A stretch of DNA of 64,000 nt from an uncultured Chloroflexia bacterium (GCA_963788375.1 CAWBGT010000016.1:94078-158077), one strand, 5' to 3'. Counted from the first letter of the stretch, positions 52,340 to 63,120 are shown. Numbers and translations are program-made. The notes: generated by a model not told the origin, from the letters alone.

Positions 52340-53367
52340 TCTTCTCCCGTCCCCCACATCCAGCACGACGCGCCGAACCCGAAGCCAGCGCCTACTCCTG
52401 CGAATACGACGCGATCCCCGTCCGCAAGCCGGCCGGCCGTCACCGCGTCGGCGAGGGCAATCGGGATCGACGCGGCCCCCGTGTTTCCGATTGTTTCCAC
52501 GTTGGTGAACGTCCGCTCGGCGGGTACGTGCATCTTGGCCATGGTGTAGTTGATGATCTGCAGGTTGGCCTGGTGAAAGACAAACAGGTCTACGTCCTCC
52601 ACCGACCAGCCCGCGTCCGCGCAAGCGTCGCGGATCGTCCTTGGCAGGTGCGTGACGGCCTGCTTCCAGGTCGCCAGCCCGTTCATCTCCATCAGGCCCA
52701 AGTTCGGGGTTGCGTCACCCAAGGCGCCACGTCCGCCATCGCGCGTGGCGAATGGGTGTCGTGATCCGCCACCCCGCAGCCGGACTGACTCGAGGTTGGA
52801 CGTGTCCGCATGAAATGCTGCCCCCATGACGCCACGTCCTGCGGGTACGCGACTCAGGACCGCCGCGCCTGCTCCGTCACTGAAGAAGATCGCAGTCTCG
52901 ACATCCGCATAGTCAACGAACGGGCTCAGGATCTCCACACCAACGACGAGCGCGGACTCCAGGCGAGGATCCCGGTGCATCCGGTCCGAGACAGCTGTCA
53001 GGGCACTCACGAACCCGCTGCAATTGGCCTGGAGGTCGTAGAACTGGCCACCTTTGACGCCCAAGTCCCTGTGCAGACGAGCGGCCACCGGCGGGAAGAG
53101 GTAGTCGCCGGAGAATGTGGAGACCACGATCATTCCAAGTTGGCTCGCATCAACCCCAGCCGCCTCCAGAGCCTGACTGGCCGCATCGAGGCTCAGGCTG
53201 GATGCCGTCTGCCCCTCGTCGATGACGAATCGTTGCCGGATGCCGGTCTTCTCCACGATCCACGCCGGAGTTGTTCCCGCGAGCGTCGTCGCACACAGCT
53301 CCTCGTTCGTGTGCCTCCGGGTGCCCAGCGCCCGGCCCGTCCCCACGATCCCGATACCGCCGCTCAT
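52336..53367 (-). CDS. 3-oxoacyl-ACP synthase III (FabH/KAS III-like; may be an acyl- or O/N-acyltransferase)
   Basis: 343 aa thiolase fold with active-site Cys in 'LQANCSGFV' and His/Asn regions conserved. Confidence 0.75.
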   Translation of the reverse strand: MSGGIGIVGTGRALGTRRHTNEELCATTLAGTTPAWIVEKTGIRQRFVIDEGQTASSLSLDAASQALEAAGVDASQLGMIVVSTFSGDYLFPPVAARLHRDLGVKGGQFYDLQANCSGFVSALTAVSDRMHRDPRLESALVVGVEILSPFVDYADVETAIFFSDGAGAAVLSRVPAGRGVMGAAFHADTSNLESVRLRGGGSRHPFATRDGGRGALGDATPNLGLMEMNGLATWKQAVTHLPRTIRDACADAGWSVEDVDLFVFHQANLQIINYTMAKMHVPAERTFTNVETIGNTGAASIPIALADAVTAGRLADGDRVVFAGVGAGFGFGASCWMWGTGEE

Positions 53368-54032
53368 GTCATCGGAGTCGCAGCCACGCCAAGGAGGCGG
53401 CGCAGAGGTTCATTGCCCGACTTGATCTCGCCGAACGTCCCCGCGCGCCCATGCCCGGGGTAGATCATCGCCCCGTCCGGCAGGAGATTCCACACGCGCT
53501 CGATCGATCGGACCAGGCTGGGCTTGTCCTGCTCCGGCAGGCGCACGAGAAACGTGTCATCGCGGTAGATGGTGTCACCTGTGAATACAAGGCCGTCCAC
53601 CAGCAGCAGGCAGCTTCCCGGTGTGTGCCCAGGGACGTGGATCGCCTCAACGCGTCCGCCCTCCCCGTCCCAGACCTTGCCCTCGCCCATGGCTACAAAC
53701 GGCTCGGGCACCGTCATCCGACGGTCCAGCTTGAGGGCCATCATCAGAAGGTTCGAGCCTGCGGCAACCCTCCCGTCTGCCTCATGGAAGAACACCGGTG
53801 CATCGAAGGCACGGCGCAGCGGCTCGGCACTCGCGAGATGATCGAAATGCCCGTGTGTGGCGAAGACGGCGTCCGGCACCGTGGCGCGGCGCTCGAACTC
53901 GGCCACGATGGCCGCGAGGTCCAGCCCCGGGTCGATGACGATGCAGTGTCCGGGCACACTGGACAGGTAGAGGTAGGTGTTCGACGCGAAATCGCCATTG
54001 GCGATCCGGACCACGCGCTCCGCCACTTCCAT
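53364..54032 (-). CDS. MBL-fold metallo-hydrolase (glyoxalase II/thioesterase-like)
   Basis: 'THGHFDH' HxHxDH zinc motif. Confidence 0.7.
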   Translation of the reverse strand: MEVAERVVRIANGDFASNTYLYLSSVPGHCIVIDPGLDLAAIVAEFERRATVPDAVFATHGHFDHLASAEPLRRAFDAPVFFHEADGRVAAGSNLLMMALKLDRRMTVPEPFVAMGEGKVWDGEGGRVEAIHVPGHTPGSCLLLVDGLVFTGDTIYRDDTFLVRLPEQDKPSLVRSIERVWNLLPDGAMIYPGHGRAGTFGEIKSGNEPLRRLLGVAATPMT

Positions 54033-54760
54033 CAGGCGTGTACGCCCCCCAGGAAGATCGTCTGGGCGGTTACGTAGCCGCTGGCAGGGGACGCGAAGAA
54101 GTCGACAACGTTGAGAATGTCGCCCGGAGTGGCCATCCGGGCGAGCGGAAGGTCGGCCACCACCTTCTCAACCTGCTCGCGCGGCAATTGGCGGAGCATG
54201 TCGGTCTCAAGGGCGGAGACGGCCACCGTGTTCACGGTGATGCCATAGCTGGCCAGTTCCTTGGCCAGGACACCGGTCAGAGTCATGGATGCTGCCTTCG
54301 TCGCGGCGTAGACGGAATCGCCGACGGGCTCAAGAGCCGCAGCCATCGAGCCGATGTTCACGATCCGTCCGTATCCGGCCCGCCGCATCAGCTTGGCGGC
54401 CTCACGGGAGGTGAAGAACACGCCCAGAAGGTTGGTGCGAACCATTTCGTCGGCCCGCTCCGAGGGCATCACCATCGCGTGCATCGAAGTCAGGACCGCG
54501 GCGGAGTTCACGAGGATGTCCACGCGGCCTTGCTCCCGGCCGATCGCAACAAACGCGGACCGGACCGCATCGCCATCGCCCACGTCCAGCCTGTGGTGGG
54601 TATACCGCTCGTCCTCGACGGTCCCAGGCCCGCGGCTCATACCCACCACCATCGCGCCGGCGTCCAGGAAGTGCCGCACGAGCAGAGCACCCAACCCCCG
54701 GCTGGCGCCCGTCACCGTCACCACGCGACTCGAGTACAGGGAGGGCGCGACTGTGGTCAC
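54032..54760 (-). CDS. SDR-family oxidoreductase
   Basis: 'VTVTGASRGLGALL' cofactor motif and a Ser-Tyr-Lys triad. Confidence 0.75.
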   Translation of the reverse strand: MTTVAPSLYSSRVVTVTGASRGLGALLVRHFLDAGAMVVGMSRGPGTVEDERYTHHRLDVGDGDAVRSAFVAIGREQGRVDILVNSAAVLTSMHAMVMPSERADEMVRTNLLGVFFTSREAAKLMRRAGYGRIVNIGSMAAALEPVGDSVYAATKAASMTLTGVLAKELASYGITVNTVAVSALETDMLRQLPREQVEKVVADLPLARMATPGDILNVVDFFASPASGYVTAQTIFLGGVHA

Positions 54761-55053
54761 GCGACGACGAGTTCCAGGATGTAGTCGCGGAGGGTCGCGA
54801 CAGTGGTGTAGGGCGACACGGGTCGGGACATCGCCCGGTCGTCGGCGAGCGCGACATCAAGCCCGTACTCGATGTTGAGCGTCGTCTCGACGTCCGTGAT
54901 GACGGAGACGAACTCCAGCGAATCGAGGGCGGCGTCCTTGCCGAACAGGCCCGTGTCCACGGTCGGGGAGATGCGCTGTCCTGGATCACGCTCGGCGTTG
55001 AGGGCCTCGATCGCCGCGAAGATCACGGCCTCCACGGTTTCAGGTCGCAGCAT
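54757..55053 (-). CDS. Acyl carrier protein-like (second ACP)
   Basis: 'GKDAALDSLEFVSVITDVE' DSL phosphopantetheinylation motif. Start at MLRPET chosen to limit overlap with the upstream GNAT gene. Confidence 0.6.
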   Translation of the reverse strand: MLRPETVEAVIFAAIEALNAERDPGQRISPTVDTGLFGKDAALDSLEFVSVITDVETTLNIEYGLDVALADDRAMSRPVSPYTTVATLRDYILELVVA

Positions 55054-55627
55054 TGACATCCTCACGAGGTTCCGCGCCCCGCACAAGGGCGCTCATGCGG
55101 GGCAGGGCCACCGTCTGGTACTCGTCCTCGCTCATGCCGAGGCAGATTGCATCGCAGAACCGGCCGCCGATCAGGTAATGCTCTCGCAGCCGGCCCTCCT
55201 CGCGCATGCCGAGGAACAGTTGCCACTTCACCATCAGCGCGTTGCCGTCCGCGACGGTTCCGTACACGCGGTGCAGACCCAGTTCGTCGAACGCCAGGCG
55301 GTAGAGGAGCAGCATCGCCTCAACCGCCGCAGGGATCCCGCGAACCGCCTCCGGCTCTCCGATCAGGAACCGGGCAGGTTCCGCTCGCCGGTTGACGGTG
55401 TCGATCGCCACGAGCGACAACATCCCCACGGGTCGTCCACTCGCCAGAGCGATGATGAAATTCAATTCCGAGTCCGGTCGTGTGGCGATCCACGCGCGCT
55501 GATCGTCCACGGTGGCGGCGCCGCGGTTCAGCATCGCAGCGCGACCGCTCGATCGCCACCGCAGCGTGATCTCCGCGTCGTGAGGTGCGAGGGGCCGGAG
55601 GACTACGTATCGTCCACGAAGTTCCAT
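55040..55627 (-). CDS. GNAT-family N-acyltransferase (RimL/Acetyltransf_3-like)
   Basis: GNAT fold pattern (the 'LVAIDTVNRRAEPARFLIG…HRVYGTV' core). Start placed at MELRGRYVVLRP. Confidence 0.6.
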   Translation of the reverse strand: MELRGRYVVLRPLAPHDAEITLRWRSSGRAAMLNRGAATVDDQRAWIATRPDSELNFIIALASGRPVGMLSLVAIDTVNRRAEPARFLIGEPEAVRGIPAAVEAMLLLYRLAFDELGLHRVYGTVADGNALMVKWQLFLGMREEGRLREHYLIGGRFCDAICLGMSEDEYQTVALPRMSALVRGAEPREDVNAAT

Positions 55628-55676
55628 CGTGGCCGAATCATAGCCGCGGCGGACCCCGCTTCCCACGGCCACCCCC

Positions 55677-57098
55677 CTAGTCATGGCGTCCCGCCCAGAG
55701 CCACCGAGCCGAGGCCACGCCGGCCAGGATGCCACCGACGCCGAGGATGATCGAGATCAGCATGTCGTCCAGCGAAAGCCGGGCGAGCTGCGCCACCACG
55801 AGCACGGCACAGGTGACCGCAATGGCAAGCTCCTCCCTCCCGAACCGGGGGGGCACTAGCTCGCGGGCCGCTACGGACACGGCGATGTAGTAGATGACGT
55901 ATGCACCCAGGTAGCCGATCCCTGCCCCGGCGATCCCCACAGCCTGAAGCCCCACCACAGAGAGGACGATGAGCGCGAACCCGCCGATCGCTTCAACCGC
56001 GAGGAAGGTACCGCTGGCGCCGCGGGCAAGCAGGACGAACGAGAGCGTCCAGGCCGGCAGTTTGAGCATGTCGCCGGCCAGCTGCCAGCCCAGGACGTCG
56101 ACGGCGGGGGCAAACTCACCCGAGTACAGGACGGTCACCAGGATTGGCGCGGCGGCGCTGGTGAGGAGGATCAGCGGAATGCACACCATCAGCACGAAAC
56201 GGAGCTGGCGGCGGGCCGTGCCCTCGATGGCCGGCGTGCCGCTGATCGCGGACACCCGCGGGTAGTAGTCCTGGGCCATGGCGTTGAGCAGGAACGCCAG
56301 ATAGGCGACGGAGATGGTCGCCGCAGCCCGGTAGTAGCCCACATCGGCAGTCTGCAGCATCGCCAGCACGAGGAACGGAATCGCGAGTTGCGCCCCAGCT
56401 CCCAGCAGCTGGCTGACCGTGAAAGGACCGCCGAACCGCAGCAGGGCGCGGAGATCCGCCCCGCGTCGCTGTCGGTCGATCCTCGCAGCAACCCGCGGTA
56501 CCACCATGAGCGCCACGGCCATTGCGACGATCCACCCGACGAGTGACCCGATCAGGAGACCGGCGGCAACGGCGCCCGTCCCCCCCACGAAGACGGCGGC
56601 AACTAGCGCCAGTGCCATGCCTGCGGCACTCGCGGCGGTCACGGTGGCCACCCACTTGACGCGATGCAGCCCGTTGACGAGTCCCGCCTCGACCCCGGCC
56701 AGGGCCGTGAAGACAACCGCGATCCCGACCAGGACGACGTCAAGTTCGCTGCCGCCGTCGCCGAACAGGAAGGTGGCGATCTGGTCCCGGAGCGCGATCA
56801 ATCCGAGTGCAATTGCCGACGCGGCCGCGAGGACGCCCAGGCGCGCGGCCTGGTGCGCGGAACTGATTGCCAGCGCGTCTCCGCTTGCGGTCGCCAGGGC
56901 AACCTGCCGGATGAGCCCCGTGGCAATCCCGAACCCGCCGACGAGGACGCCGAGGGTGAGCAGGCTCGACAGGAGACCGACCGTGCCGGTCCCGACCGGG
57001 CCCGCCATCACAGCGATCAGCTTCGCGCTCAGGGCTCCGGCAATCAGCGACACGACCGACCCGCCAGCCAGCGTCGCCGTGGCTCGCGCGATCGTCAT
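55677..57098 (-). CDS. Wzx-like polysaccharide/oligosaccharide flippase (MOP superfamily)
   Basis: About 474 aa with 12-14 TM helices in the Polysacc_synt pattern. ATGA overlap with the upstream aminotransferase. Confidence 0.7.
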   Translation of the reverse strand: MTIARATATLAGGSVVSLIAGALSAKLIAVMAGPVGTGTVGLLSSLLTLGVLVGGFGIATGLIRQVALATASGDALAISSAHQAARLGVLAAASAIALGLIALRDQIATFLFGDGGSELDVVLVGIAVVFTALAGVEAGLVNGLHRVKWVATVTAASAAGMALALVAAVFVGGTGAVAAGLLIGSLVGWIVAMAVALMVVPRVAARIDRQRRGADLRALLRFGGPFTVSQLLGAGAQLAIPFLVLAMLQTADVGYYRAAATISVAYLAFLLNAMAQDYYPRVSAISGTPAIEGTARRQLRFVLMVCIPLILLTSAAAPILVTVLYSGEFAPAVDVLGWQLAGDMLKLPAWTLSFVLLARGASGTFLAVEAIGGFALIVLSVVGLQAVGIAGAGIGYLGAYVIYYIAVSVAARELVPPRFGREELAIAVTCAVLVVAQLARLSLDDMLISIILGVGGILAGVASARWLWAGRHD

Positions 57099-58192
57099 TG
57101 GTGCCGTGCGGCCAGGGAAGTCCCCGCGATCCATGCCGCGGCGCCCGGCCCCATATGTGGCCCGATGGGAAGGCTCAGGACCTCCCTGCCGAGCCGTTCA
57201 GCGAGGGGCAGCGGGCCCCACGGCCCGCAACCGCTCAGGGCGCTCTGGAGATGGGGGGGACGCGGGTAGTGGATCAGCGTGGTCACACCCGCTGTCCCCA
57301 GCTCCGCCTCGAGTGCGTCCCGCTCCATGCTGCGGATCACAAACAGATGCCAGACCGGTGACACCTCGGGGGCGATGTCAGGCAACTGCACCCGAACCGG
57401 GTCGATCTCGCTCAAGTAGGCGGCGGCGATGAGCGTCCTGCGTGCATTCCACTCATCCAGATGGCGCAGCTTCACGCGGAGGACGGCCGCCTGCAGCTCG
57501 TCCAACCGGCTGTTGAAGCCAAGCTCCTCGTGGACGTACTTGGTTGTCGAGCCGTAGTTGCGGAGCCGTCGCACCCGCTCTGCGATGCGTTCGTCGGACG
57601 TCGTGACGGCGCCGGCGTCCCCAAGCGCGCCGAGGTTCTTTGCGGGATAGAAGCTCCACGCGGCTGCGTGTCCCAACGAGCCTGCGCGCCGTCCTCGGTA
57701 GACCGCACCGTGCGCCTGTGCGGCGTCCTCGATCACCCGCAGGCCTCGCCGGTCCGCGATCTCAAGGATCGGATCCATGTCTGCGGGCTGGCCGTACAGG
57801 TGAACGGGAACGATTGCTCGCGTCCGCTCCGTGATCGCCGCGTCGATCAGTTCCGGGTCGATGTTCATAGAGTCGAGGCGCGGTTCCACGGGGACGATCG
57901 TGGCGCCCGTCCGCTGGACCGCCAACCATGTCGCGATGAACGTGTGGGACGGCACGATGACCTCGTCGCCGGGCCCGATCTCACACGCGCGCAGGGCGAG
58001 CTCCAGGGCATCGAGCCCGCTGCCGACACCAACGGCATGCGAGGTCCCGATGTAGGCCGCCCACTCCTGCTCGAACGCCTCGACTTCTGGGCCCAGCACA
58101 TACCGCCCCGCGTCCAGCGCTCGGGCGATCACTTCGTCGAGCTCAGGCCGCAACTCGGCGGTGGCTGCCCGGAGGTCGAGGAATGGGATCAT
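57095..58192 (-). CDS. DegT/DnrJ/EryC1-family sugar aminotransferase (FdtB/QdtB-like)
   Basis: 365 aa; DegT-family N-terminal motif '[21 protein letters not shown]' and PLP-binding Lys in '[17 protein letters not shown]'. Next to an FdtA-like ketoisomerase. Confidence 0.8.
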   Translation of the reverse strand: MIPFLDLRAATAELRPELDEVIARALDAGRYVLGPEVEAFEQEWAAYIGTSHAVGVGSGLDALELALRACEIGPGDEVIVPSHTFIATWLAVQRTGATIVPVEPRLDSMNIDPELIDAAITERTRAIVPVHLYGQPADMDPILEIADRRGLRVIEDAAQAHGAVYRGRRAGSLGHAAAWSFYPAKNLGALGDAGAVTTSDERIAERVRRLRNYGSTTKYVHEELGFNSRLDELQAAVLRVKLRHLDEWNARRTLIAAAYLSEIDPVRVQLPDIAPEVSPVWHLFVIRSMERDALEAELGTAGVTTLIHYPRPPHLQSALSGCGPWGPLPLAERLGREVLSLPIGPHMGPGAAAWIAGTSLAARHQ

Positions 58193-58197
58193 CGGGC

Positions 58198-58614
58198 CTA
58201 GGTCACGGCGGCAAGGAAGTCCGAGTACTCGCGGAAGTAGTCGGCCTCGTCGTAGTGAGCCGAAGCGAGCACCAAGGAGACCGAGCCCGACGAGAAGTTC
58301 TCGAGCTCGCGCCAGATCATCCTGGGGACATAGAGGCCGTAGTACGAGCGGTTCAGGAAGTAGCTGCGTCGGTCCGCGCCATCATCGAGGATGACGTCGA
58401 AGCTGCCCGACACGGCGATGATGAATTGCTGGAGGTCCCGGTGCGCGTGACCCCCGCGACTCTCGCCCCCCGGCACGTCATAGAGATAGTAGACCCGCCG
58501 AATCTCGAACGGCACGTCGACCCCACCCTCGATTGGGGTGAGGTTGCCGCGGGGGTTGGCTATGCGCCGCAGGTCGATGATTTCGGGCGTCTGAGAGGGC
58601 CATCGTGTCGCCAA
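58198..58614 (-). CDS. Sugar 3,4-ketoisomerase (FdtA/WxcM-like cupin)
   Basis: '[47 protein letters not shown]' matches the FdtA family. Only a TTG start is available in frame. Confidence 0.65.
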   Translation of the reverse strand: MATRWPSQTPEIIDLRRIANPRGNLTPIEGGVDVPFEIRRVYYLYDVPGGESRGGHAHRDLQQFIIAVSGSFDVILDDGADRRSYFLNRSYYGLYVPRMIWRELENFSSGSVSLVLASAHYDEADYFREYSDFLAAVT

Positions 58615-58675
58615 TCTAATGCTGGGAGGTGCCAGGACCGCTGACCCGGACCTCCCACCGCAGCCATGACCATCG

Positions 58676-59930
58676 GTGCATGCTGGCACCAGTCTTGCAC
58701 CGCGTAGACTGCCGCAGATGTCGAGTCCGTCGCTGACAGTGCCCGCAGCCGTGCCCGCAGTCGGGTCCACCGGCGGCATCCGCAGGCGGATCGGCGCCAT
58801 CGCCACGGACCTCCGCCCGGACGCCGGACTCGTCGCGATCTTCATCGCAACCCGTCTCCTGGTCGTGTTCGCCGCGCTGATCGCCGAGTACCTGCTCCCG
58901 CGCAACCCGGCGCTCACCTCGGGCGCATCCGGCCCCGTGTTGACGAGCCTCACGTCGTGGGACGGTTGGTACTACCTCGGCATCTCGGCCGGGGGATATC
59001 AGGCTGACGCCGTGGCGGGCGCCTACACCAATGTCGCCTTCCCCCCGCTGTTCCCGCTGCTGGTCCGGGCGCTCTCGACGCCGTTCCCCGCGTACCAGGG
59101 CCTCGTGGCCGTCCTGGTCGCCAACGTGGCGTTCCTTGGCGCGCTGGGGCTGATGACCCGACTCGGCACGCCCTACCTGGGCCGGCGGCGTGCCTCGCTG
59201 GCAGCGGGCCTCCTCGCGATCTACCCGTTTGCCTCGGCCTTCGCGATGGCCTACACGGAGAGCCTGTTCCTGCTCCTGATCCTGGCTGCGTTCCTGGCAG
59301 CGGAGCGCCGGCACAGGGCGTGGGCGGGCATCTTCCTCGCGCTGGCTACGCTGTGCCGGCTGCAGGGCGCCGTCCTGATGCTGCCGCTGTTCATCCTGAT
59401 GCTTCGCCAGGACGGCTGGCGCCCTCGGCCGTCGATGGCCTGGCTGCTGCTCGGCGGTGTCGCCGCGGCCGGCTTCCTGCTCTACGTCGCCTCGGTCACG
59501 GGCAGTGCCACCGCGTACCTGGATGCGCAGCAGGCCTGGGGTCGCGGGGGTGTCGGCGGGTCTGCGCCGGACAGCACGATCGGTGCCAGGTTCAGCCCGT
59601 ATCAGCTGGCGCTGCTGCTGACGCTGCTGTGGTCCGTCTTCCTGCTGGTCTTCGTGCGCGTGGACCGGATGCGTCCGGAGTACTGGCTCATCCCCGTCCT
59701 GTTCATCGGAGCGGAGCTCTCCGAGCGGGTCGCTGGAGGCTGTGGGTCGAGTGACCATGGCGGCATTCCCCTATGCCTGGCTCCTTGCCAATCGGCGGTC
59801 CACGTTCGCGCGCCGGGCCTGGCCGGCGATCTCGGTCGGGCTGTTCACGCTCGTCGCGGTGCTGTCCTTCGGCGGGTACTGGGTTCCTAGCCCTCCGGTC
59901 CCGGTTACAGAACGCACCACCGGGACCTAG
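58676..59930 (+). CDS. GT-C membrane mannosyltransferase-like protein (PIG-V/GT76- or GT87-like) with an apparent frameshift near 59720-59740
   Basis: Multi-TM protein with 'YTNVAFPPLFPLLVRAL…' loop. The last roughly 60 aa ('…AFPYAWLLANRRSTFARRAWPAISVGLFTLVAVLSFGGYW…') are in the frame of ORF 59742..59930, which has high GC3. Confidence 0.55.
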
Positions 59931-59940
59931 ACTGCGGCGG

Positions 59941-60744
59941 ATGTCGGAGCAGACCCTCACCCTCGTCTTGCCGGCCTACAACGAGGAGGCCCGGCTTGGC
60001 TCTGCCCTGGACGAGCTCTTCGGCTACCTCCATCGCCGAGGCCACCAGGCGCGCGACGGTCGTCCCGGAGCCGAGGATCTGCCCGCGACCGTCCAGGTGC
60101 TGGTGGTTGACGATGGCTCCACCGACGGCACGGCGGACCTGGTGCGCGGCCGAGCGGAACACGCGACCGGGGAGTTGGAACTCCTGACCGTCCCCCATGG
60201 CGGCAAGGGCGCGGCGGTCCGGGCCGGGATGCTCCACGCCCCGGGAGACCTGGTGGTGTTCGCGGATGCCGACATGGCCACGCCGCCGGATGAGCTGGTG
60301 CCGCTGGTGCTCGCGCTCCAGGCGGCAGACGCCGCATATGGCTCCCGGATCCAGCCGGACGGCTCCGACATGCGCAGGTCCCAGCCGCCCTGGCGGCGCG
60401 CCCTTGGCAGGGCCTTTCACCTCCTGGCAAGGATCTGGGTGGTGGGCCAGGTGCCGGACACGCAGTGCGGCTTCAAGGGCTTCCGACGGGACGCCGCCCG
60501 GGACCTGTTTGCCCGTCAGAAGGTCACCAGCATCGTGTTCGATGTCGAGATCATCTACCTCGCCCGACGCCGCGGCTACAGCCACGTCTCCGTGCCCGTC
60601 CGCTGGGCGGACCGCCGCGGATCCCGCATGCATCCGGGCCCCCGGCTGGCGCTCCGGGTGGGCTGGGACCTGTTCCGGATCCCGCTGATCCACCGCGAGG
60701 TCCGGCGCGCCCCGCGAGGGACGAACGACCAGCCGGCTGCCTGA
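59941..60744 (+). CDS. Polyprenol-phosphate glycosyltransferase (GT2, Ppm1/DPM1/GtrB-like)
   Basis: 'LTLVLPAYNEEARLGSALDEL…VLVVDDGSTDGTADL…ADADMATPP' GT2 motifs and the 'DTQCGFKGFRR' signature. Confidence 0.8.
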   Translation: MSEQTLTLVLPAYNEEARLGSALDELFGYLHRRGHQARDGRPGAEDLPATVQVLVVDDGSTDGTADLVRGRAEHATGELELLTVPHGGKGAAVRAGMLHAPGDLVVFADADMATPPDELVPLVLALQAADAAYGSRIQPDGSDMRRSQPPWRRALGRAFHLLARIWVVGQVPDTQCGFKGFRRDAARDLFARQKVTSIVFDVEIIYLARRRGYSHVSVPVRWADRRGSRMHPGPRLALRVGWDLFRIPLIHREVRRAPRGTNDQPAA

Positions 60745-60758
60745 GGCGCGCGGGTTCG

Positions 60759-61826
60759 ATGCAGCTGAGAGAAGCATTCGCCCGCCTGCTGCCGCTGCTT
60801 GCCATCGCCGTCCTGGCGCTGGGCGTCGGCGTCACCGTGGCGGCTGCCGGTGACACGCTCGGGTTCGATTTCCTCGCGTACCACGCGGCTGCGGCTCGGG
60901 TCCTGGACGGCCGGCCCCCTTATGACACGTCCTTCGAGGTCACAGGGGGCTTTGGCCTCTTCTACTACCCGCCGACGTTCGTTCCGCTGGTGCTCGTGTT
61001 CGGGCTGCTGCCGGCCGGACTCGCGACATGGGCGTGGATCGGCGGTCTGCTCGTCGCCTTCGGGACCGGTGTCGCGGTCATGCCGGTGTCCCGGACGACG
61101 AAGTGGCTGATCGTCCTGCTCGCCGGGATCTCCTGGCCGTTCCTGTACGCCCTGAAGCTGGGCCAGGTGGGCCCGATCCTGTTCCTCCTGTTCGCCGCCG
61201 GCTGGCGGTGGATGGACCGGGGGGTGGTGCTCGGCCTGACTGGCGGACTGGGCGCGGCGATCAAGATGCAGCCGGGGCTGGTGCTGGCGTGGGCGGTGCT
61301 CACCCGGCGATGGTCAGCGGTGATCTGGGGCGCGATCACGCTGCTCGTGCTCGCCGGGCTCGCGACCCTGCTGGGCGGCGCACAGGCGTGGACCGATTTC
61401 ATCCTGCTTATCACCCGGGTCAGCGACCCCATCACCACGCCCCACAACTTCACCCCCGGGGCGGTCGCGTTCCAGACAGGAGTCCCGCGCGACACCGCCG
61501 CGCTGATCCAGTGGGTGTCCATCGCGGCGGCGGCGATCGTGGTGGTGGTGGCGGCGCTGCGGCTGGCACCGGTGCCGTCCTACCTGGTCGCCGTCATCGC
61601 CAGCCAGCTCCTGTCCCCGATCCTCTGGGACCACTACGCGCTGCTGCTGCTCCTGCCCGTCGCGTGGCTGCTGGACCAGGGCAAGGGGTGGGCAGCGATC
61701 TTCGTCCTGGCGACCCCGGTGTTCCTGGTTGGCCAGGTGCCGCCCTGGGTCTATCCGCTCGTCTTCTGGGCATGCCTGGGGGCGGTGGTGTGGGTCGCGC
61801 TCCGCTCGAGGCAGCCCACGGCGTAG
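60759..61826 (+). CDS. DUF2029/GT87-family membrane glycosyltransferase (PimE-like)
   Basis: 355 aa with 'FDFLAYHAAAARVLDGRPPYD…FYYPPTF' N-terminal loop, 'LKLGQVGPILFLLFA' and a C-terminal 'ILWDHYALLLL' motif. Confidence 0.7.
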   Translation: MQLREAFARLLPLLAIAVLALGVGVTVAAAGDTLGFDFLAYHAAAARVLDGRPPYDTSFEVTGGFGLFYYPPTFVPLVLVFGLLPAGLATWAWIGGLLVAFGTGVAVMPVSRTTKWLIVLLAGISWPFLYALKLGQVGPILFLLFAAGWRWMDRGVVLGLTGGLGAAIKMQPGLVLAWAVLTRRWSAVIWGAITLLVLAGLATLLGGAQAWTDFILLITRVSDPITTPHNFTPGAVAFQTGVPRDTAALIQWVSIAAAAIVVVVAALRLAPVPSYLVAVIASQLLSPILWDHYALLLLLPVAWLLDQGKGWAAIFVLATPVFLVGQVPPWVYPLVFWACLGAVVWVALRSRQPTA

Positions 61827-61863
61827 GCCACCCTTGGTTCGGTTCCCGGCGATACTCGGCGCG

Positions 61864-63120
61864 ATGCAGAACACGGCTGCGCTCGATCACGCCAGGGGCC
61901 TCCTCCGCCCAACCTCTCCGGCGATGCTTGCCGGCCTGGGTGTGGCGGCGGTCGCCTTCACCCTCTACCTGCTGACCAACCGGGCGTTCGATGCCGGGCG
62001 GGGCGACTTCTTCTACCTGGCCGACGCATTCCTCCACGGCAGGACGTGGATCGTGTCGCCGCTGGGGCCCAACGACGTCATCCGCATCGACGGCCACACC
62101 TACGTTCCGTTCGCCCCGTTCCCGGCCTTCGTGCTTGCGCCGCTGGTAGCGATCGTGGGCCCGGCAACCGCCGACACGTGGGAGCCGGTCGTCAACGCGC
62201 TGCTCGCGGCGACGGCCGTGTTCCTCGCCTGGTGGGTCGCGGGGCGGATCGGCGTGGAGCGGCTCCGGGACCGGCTGGCGCTCGTCGTGCTGCTGGGGTT
62301 CGGGACCCAGATCTGGTGGGTGACCACCCGGGGCGGCGTCTGGCACACCGGACACCTGGTGGCCGTGATCCTGGTGCTGCTGCTGATCGCCGAGATGTTC
62401 GGGAGGCAGCGGGCCGTCCTGATGGGGCTTCTGGTGGGTGCCGCGTTCCTGACGCGGGCGCCGCTTGCGTTTGCGGGGCCCGTGATGGCGCTGTGGGTGG
62501 TCCGTTCCTGGGGGGATGTGCTGGGGTCCGGCCGGACGGTGGGCGAACGCGTGCGGGCACTGCCCTGGGCAGACTGGCTCTGGCTGATCCTGGGTTTTGC
62601 GCCGGCCCTCGTGTTCTTCTTCTGGTACAACCTCGACCGCTTCGGATCGGCGACGGAGTCCGGCTACGCCCTGGCGACGCTGCCGGCCTGGCTTGAGAAG
62701 CAGCGGACGCTGGGCCTGTTCGCGCTCGACCACGTGCAGATGAACCTGGACTACCTGTTCCTCAAGCTGCCGGCGTTCGGTGATGCATTCCCGTTCCTCC
62801 GGCCGGACGGCCTGGGGATGTCCGTGCTGTTCACCAGCCCCGGGCTGCTGCTCGCCGTGCTGGCCCCGTGGCGCGACCGCCGGTCGTGGCTGCTGCTCCT
62901 GGCAGCCGTGCTGGTGCTGATCCCCACGCTGCTCTACTACGGCGGCGGCTGGCTGCAGTTCGGCTACCGCTACTTCCTGGACTCCATCCCGTTCGTCTGG
63001 GCGCTGGCGGCGATGGGAGTCGCGAGGCGCGGCACGATCCCGTGGTGGGGCTGGCTGCTCATCGGGTGGAGCGTGCTGATGGGGGCCGCGAGCGTGTATT
63101 GGGCGTACAACCTGCACTGA
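61864..63120 (+). CDS. Polytopic membrane protein, putative GT-C family glycosyltransferase
   Basis: About 418 aa with 10-12 TM helices and an 'FFYLADAFLHGRTWI' N-terminal loop resembling ArnT/PMT-like enzymes. Confidence 0.5.
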   Translation: MQNTAALDHARGLLRPTSPAMLAGLGVAAVAFTLYLLTNRAFDAGRGDFFYLADAFLHGRTWIVSPLGPNDVIRIDGHTYVPFAPFPAFVLAPLVAIVGPATADTWEPVVNALLAATAVFLAWWVAGRIGVERLRDRLALVVLLGFGTQIWWVTTRGGVWHTGHLVAVILVLLLIAEMFGRQRAVLMGLLVGAAFLTRAPLAFAGPVMALWVVRSWGDVLGSGRTVGERVRALPWADWLWLILGFAPALVFFFWYNLDRFGSATESGYALATLPAWLEKQRTLGLFALDHVQMNLDYLFLKLPAFGDAFPFLRPDGLGMSVLFTSPGLLLAVLAPWRDRRSWLLLLAAVLVLIPTLLYYGGGWLQFGYRYFLDSIPFVWALAAMGVARRGTIPWWGWLLIGWSVLMGAASVYWAYNLH

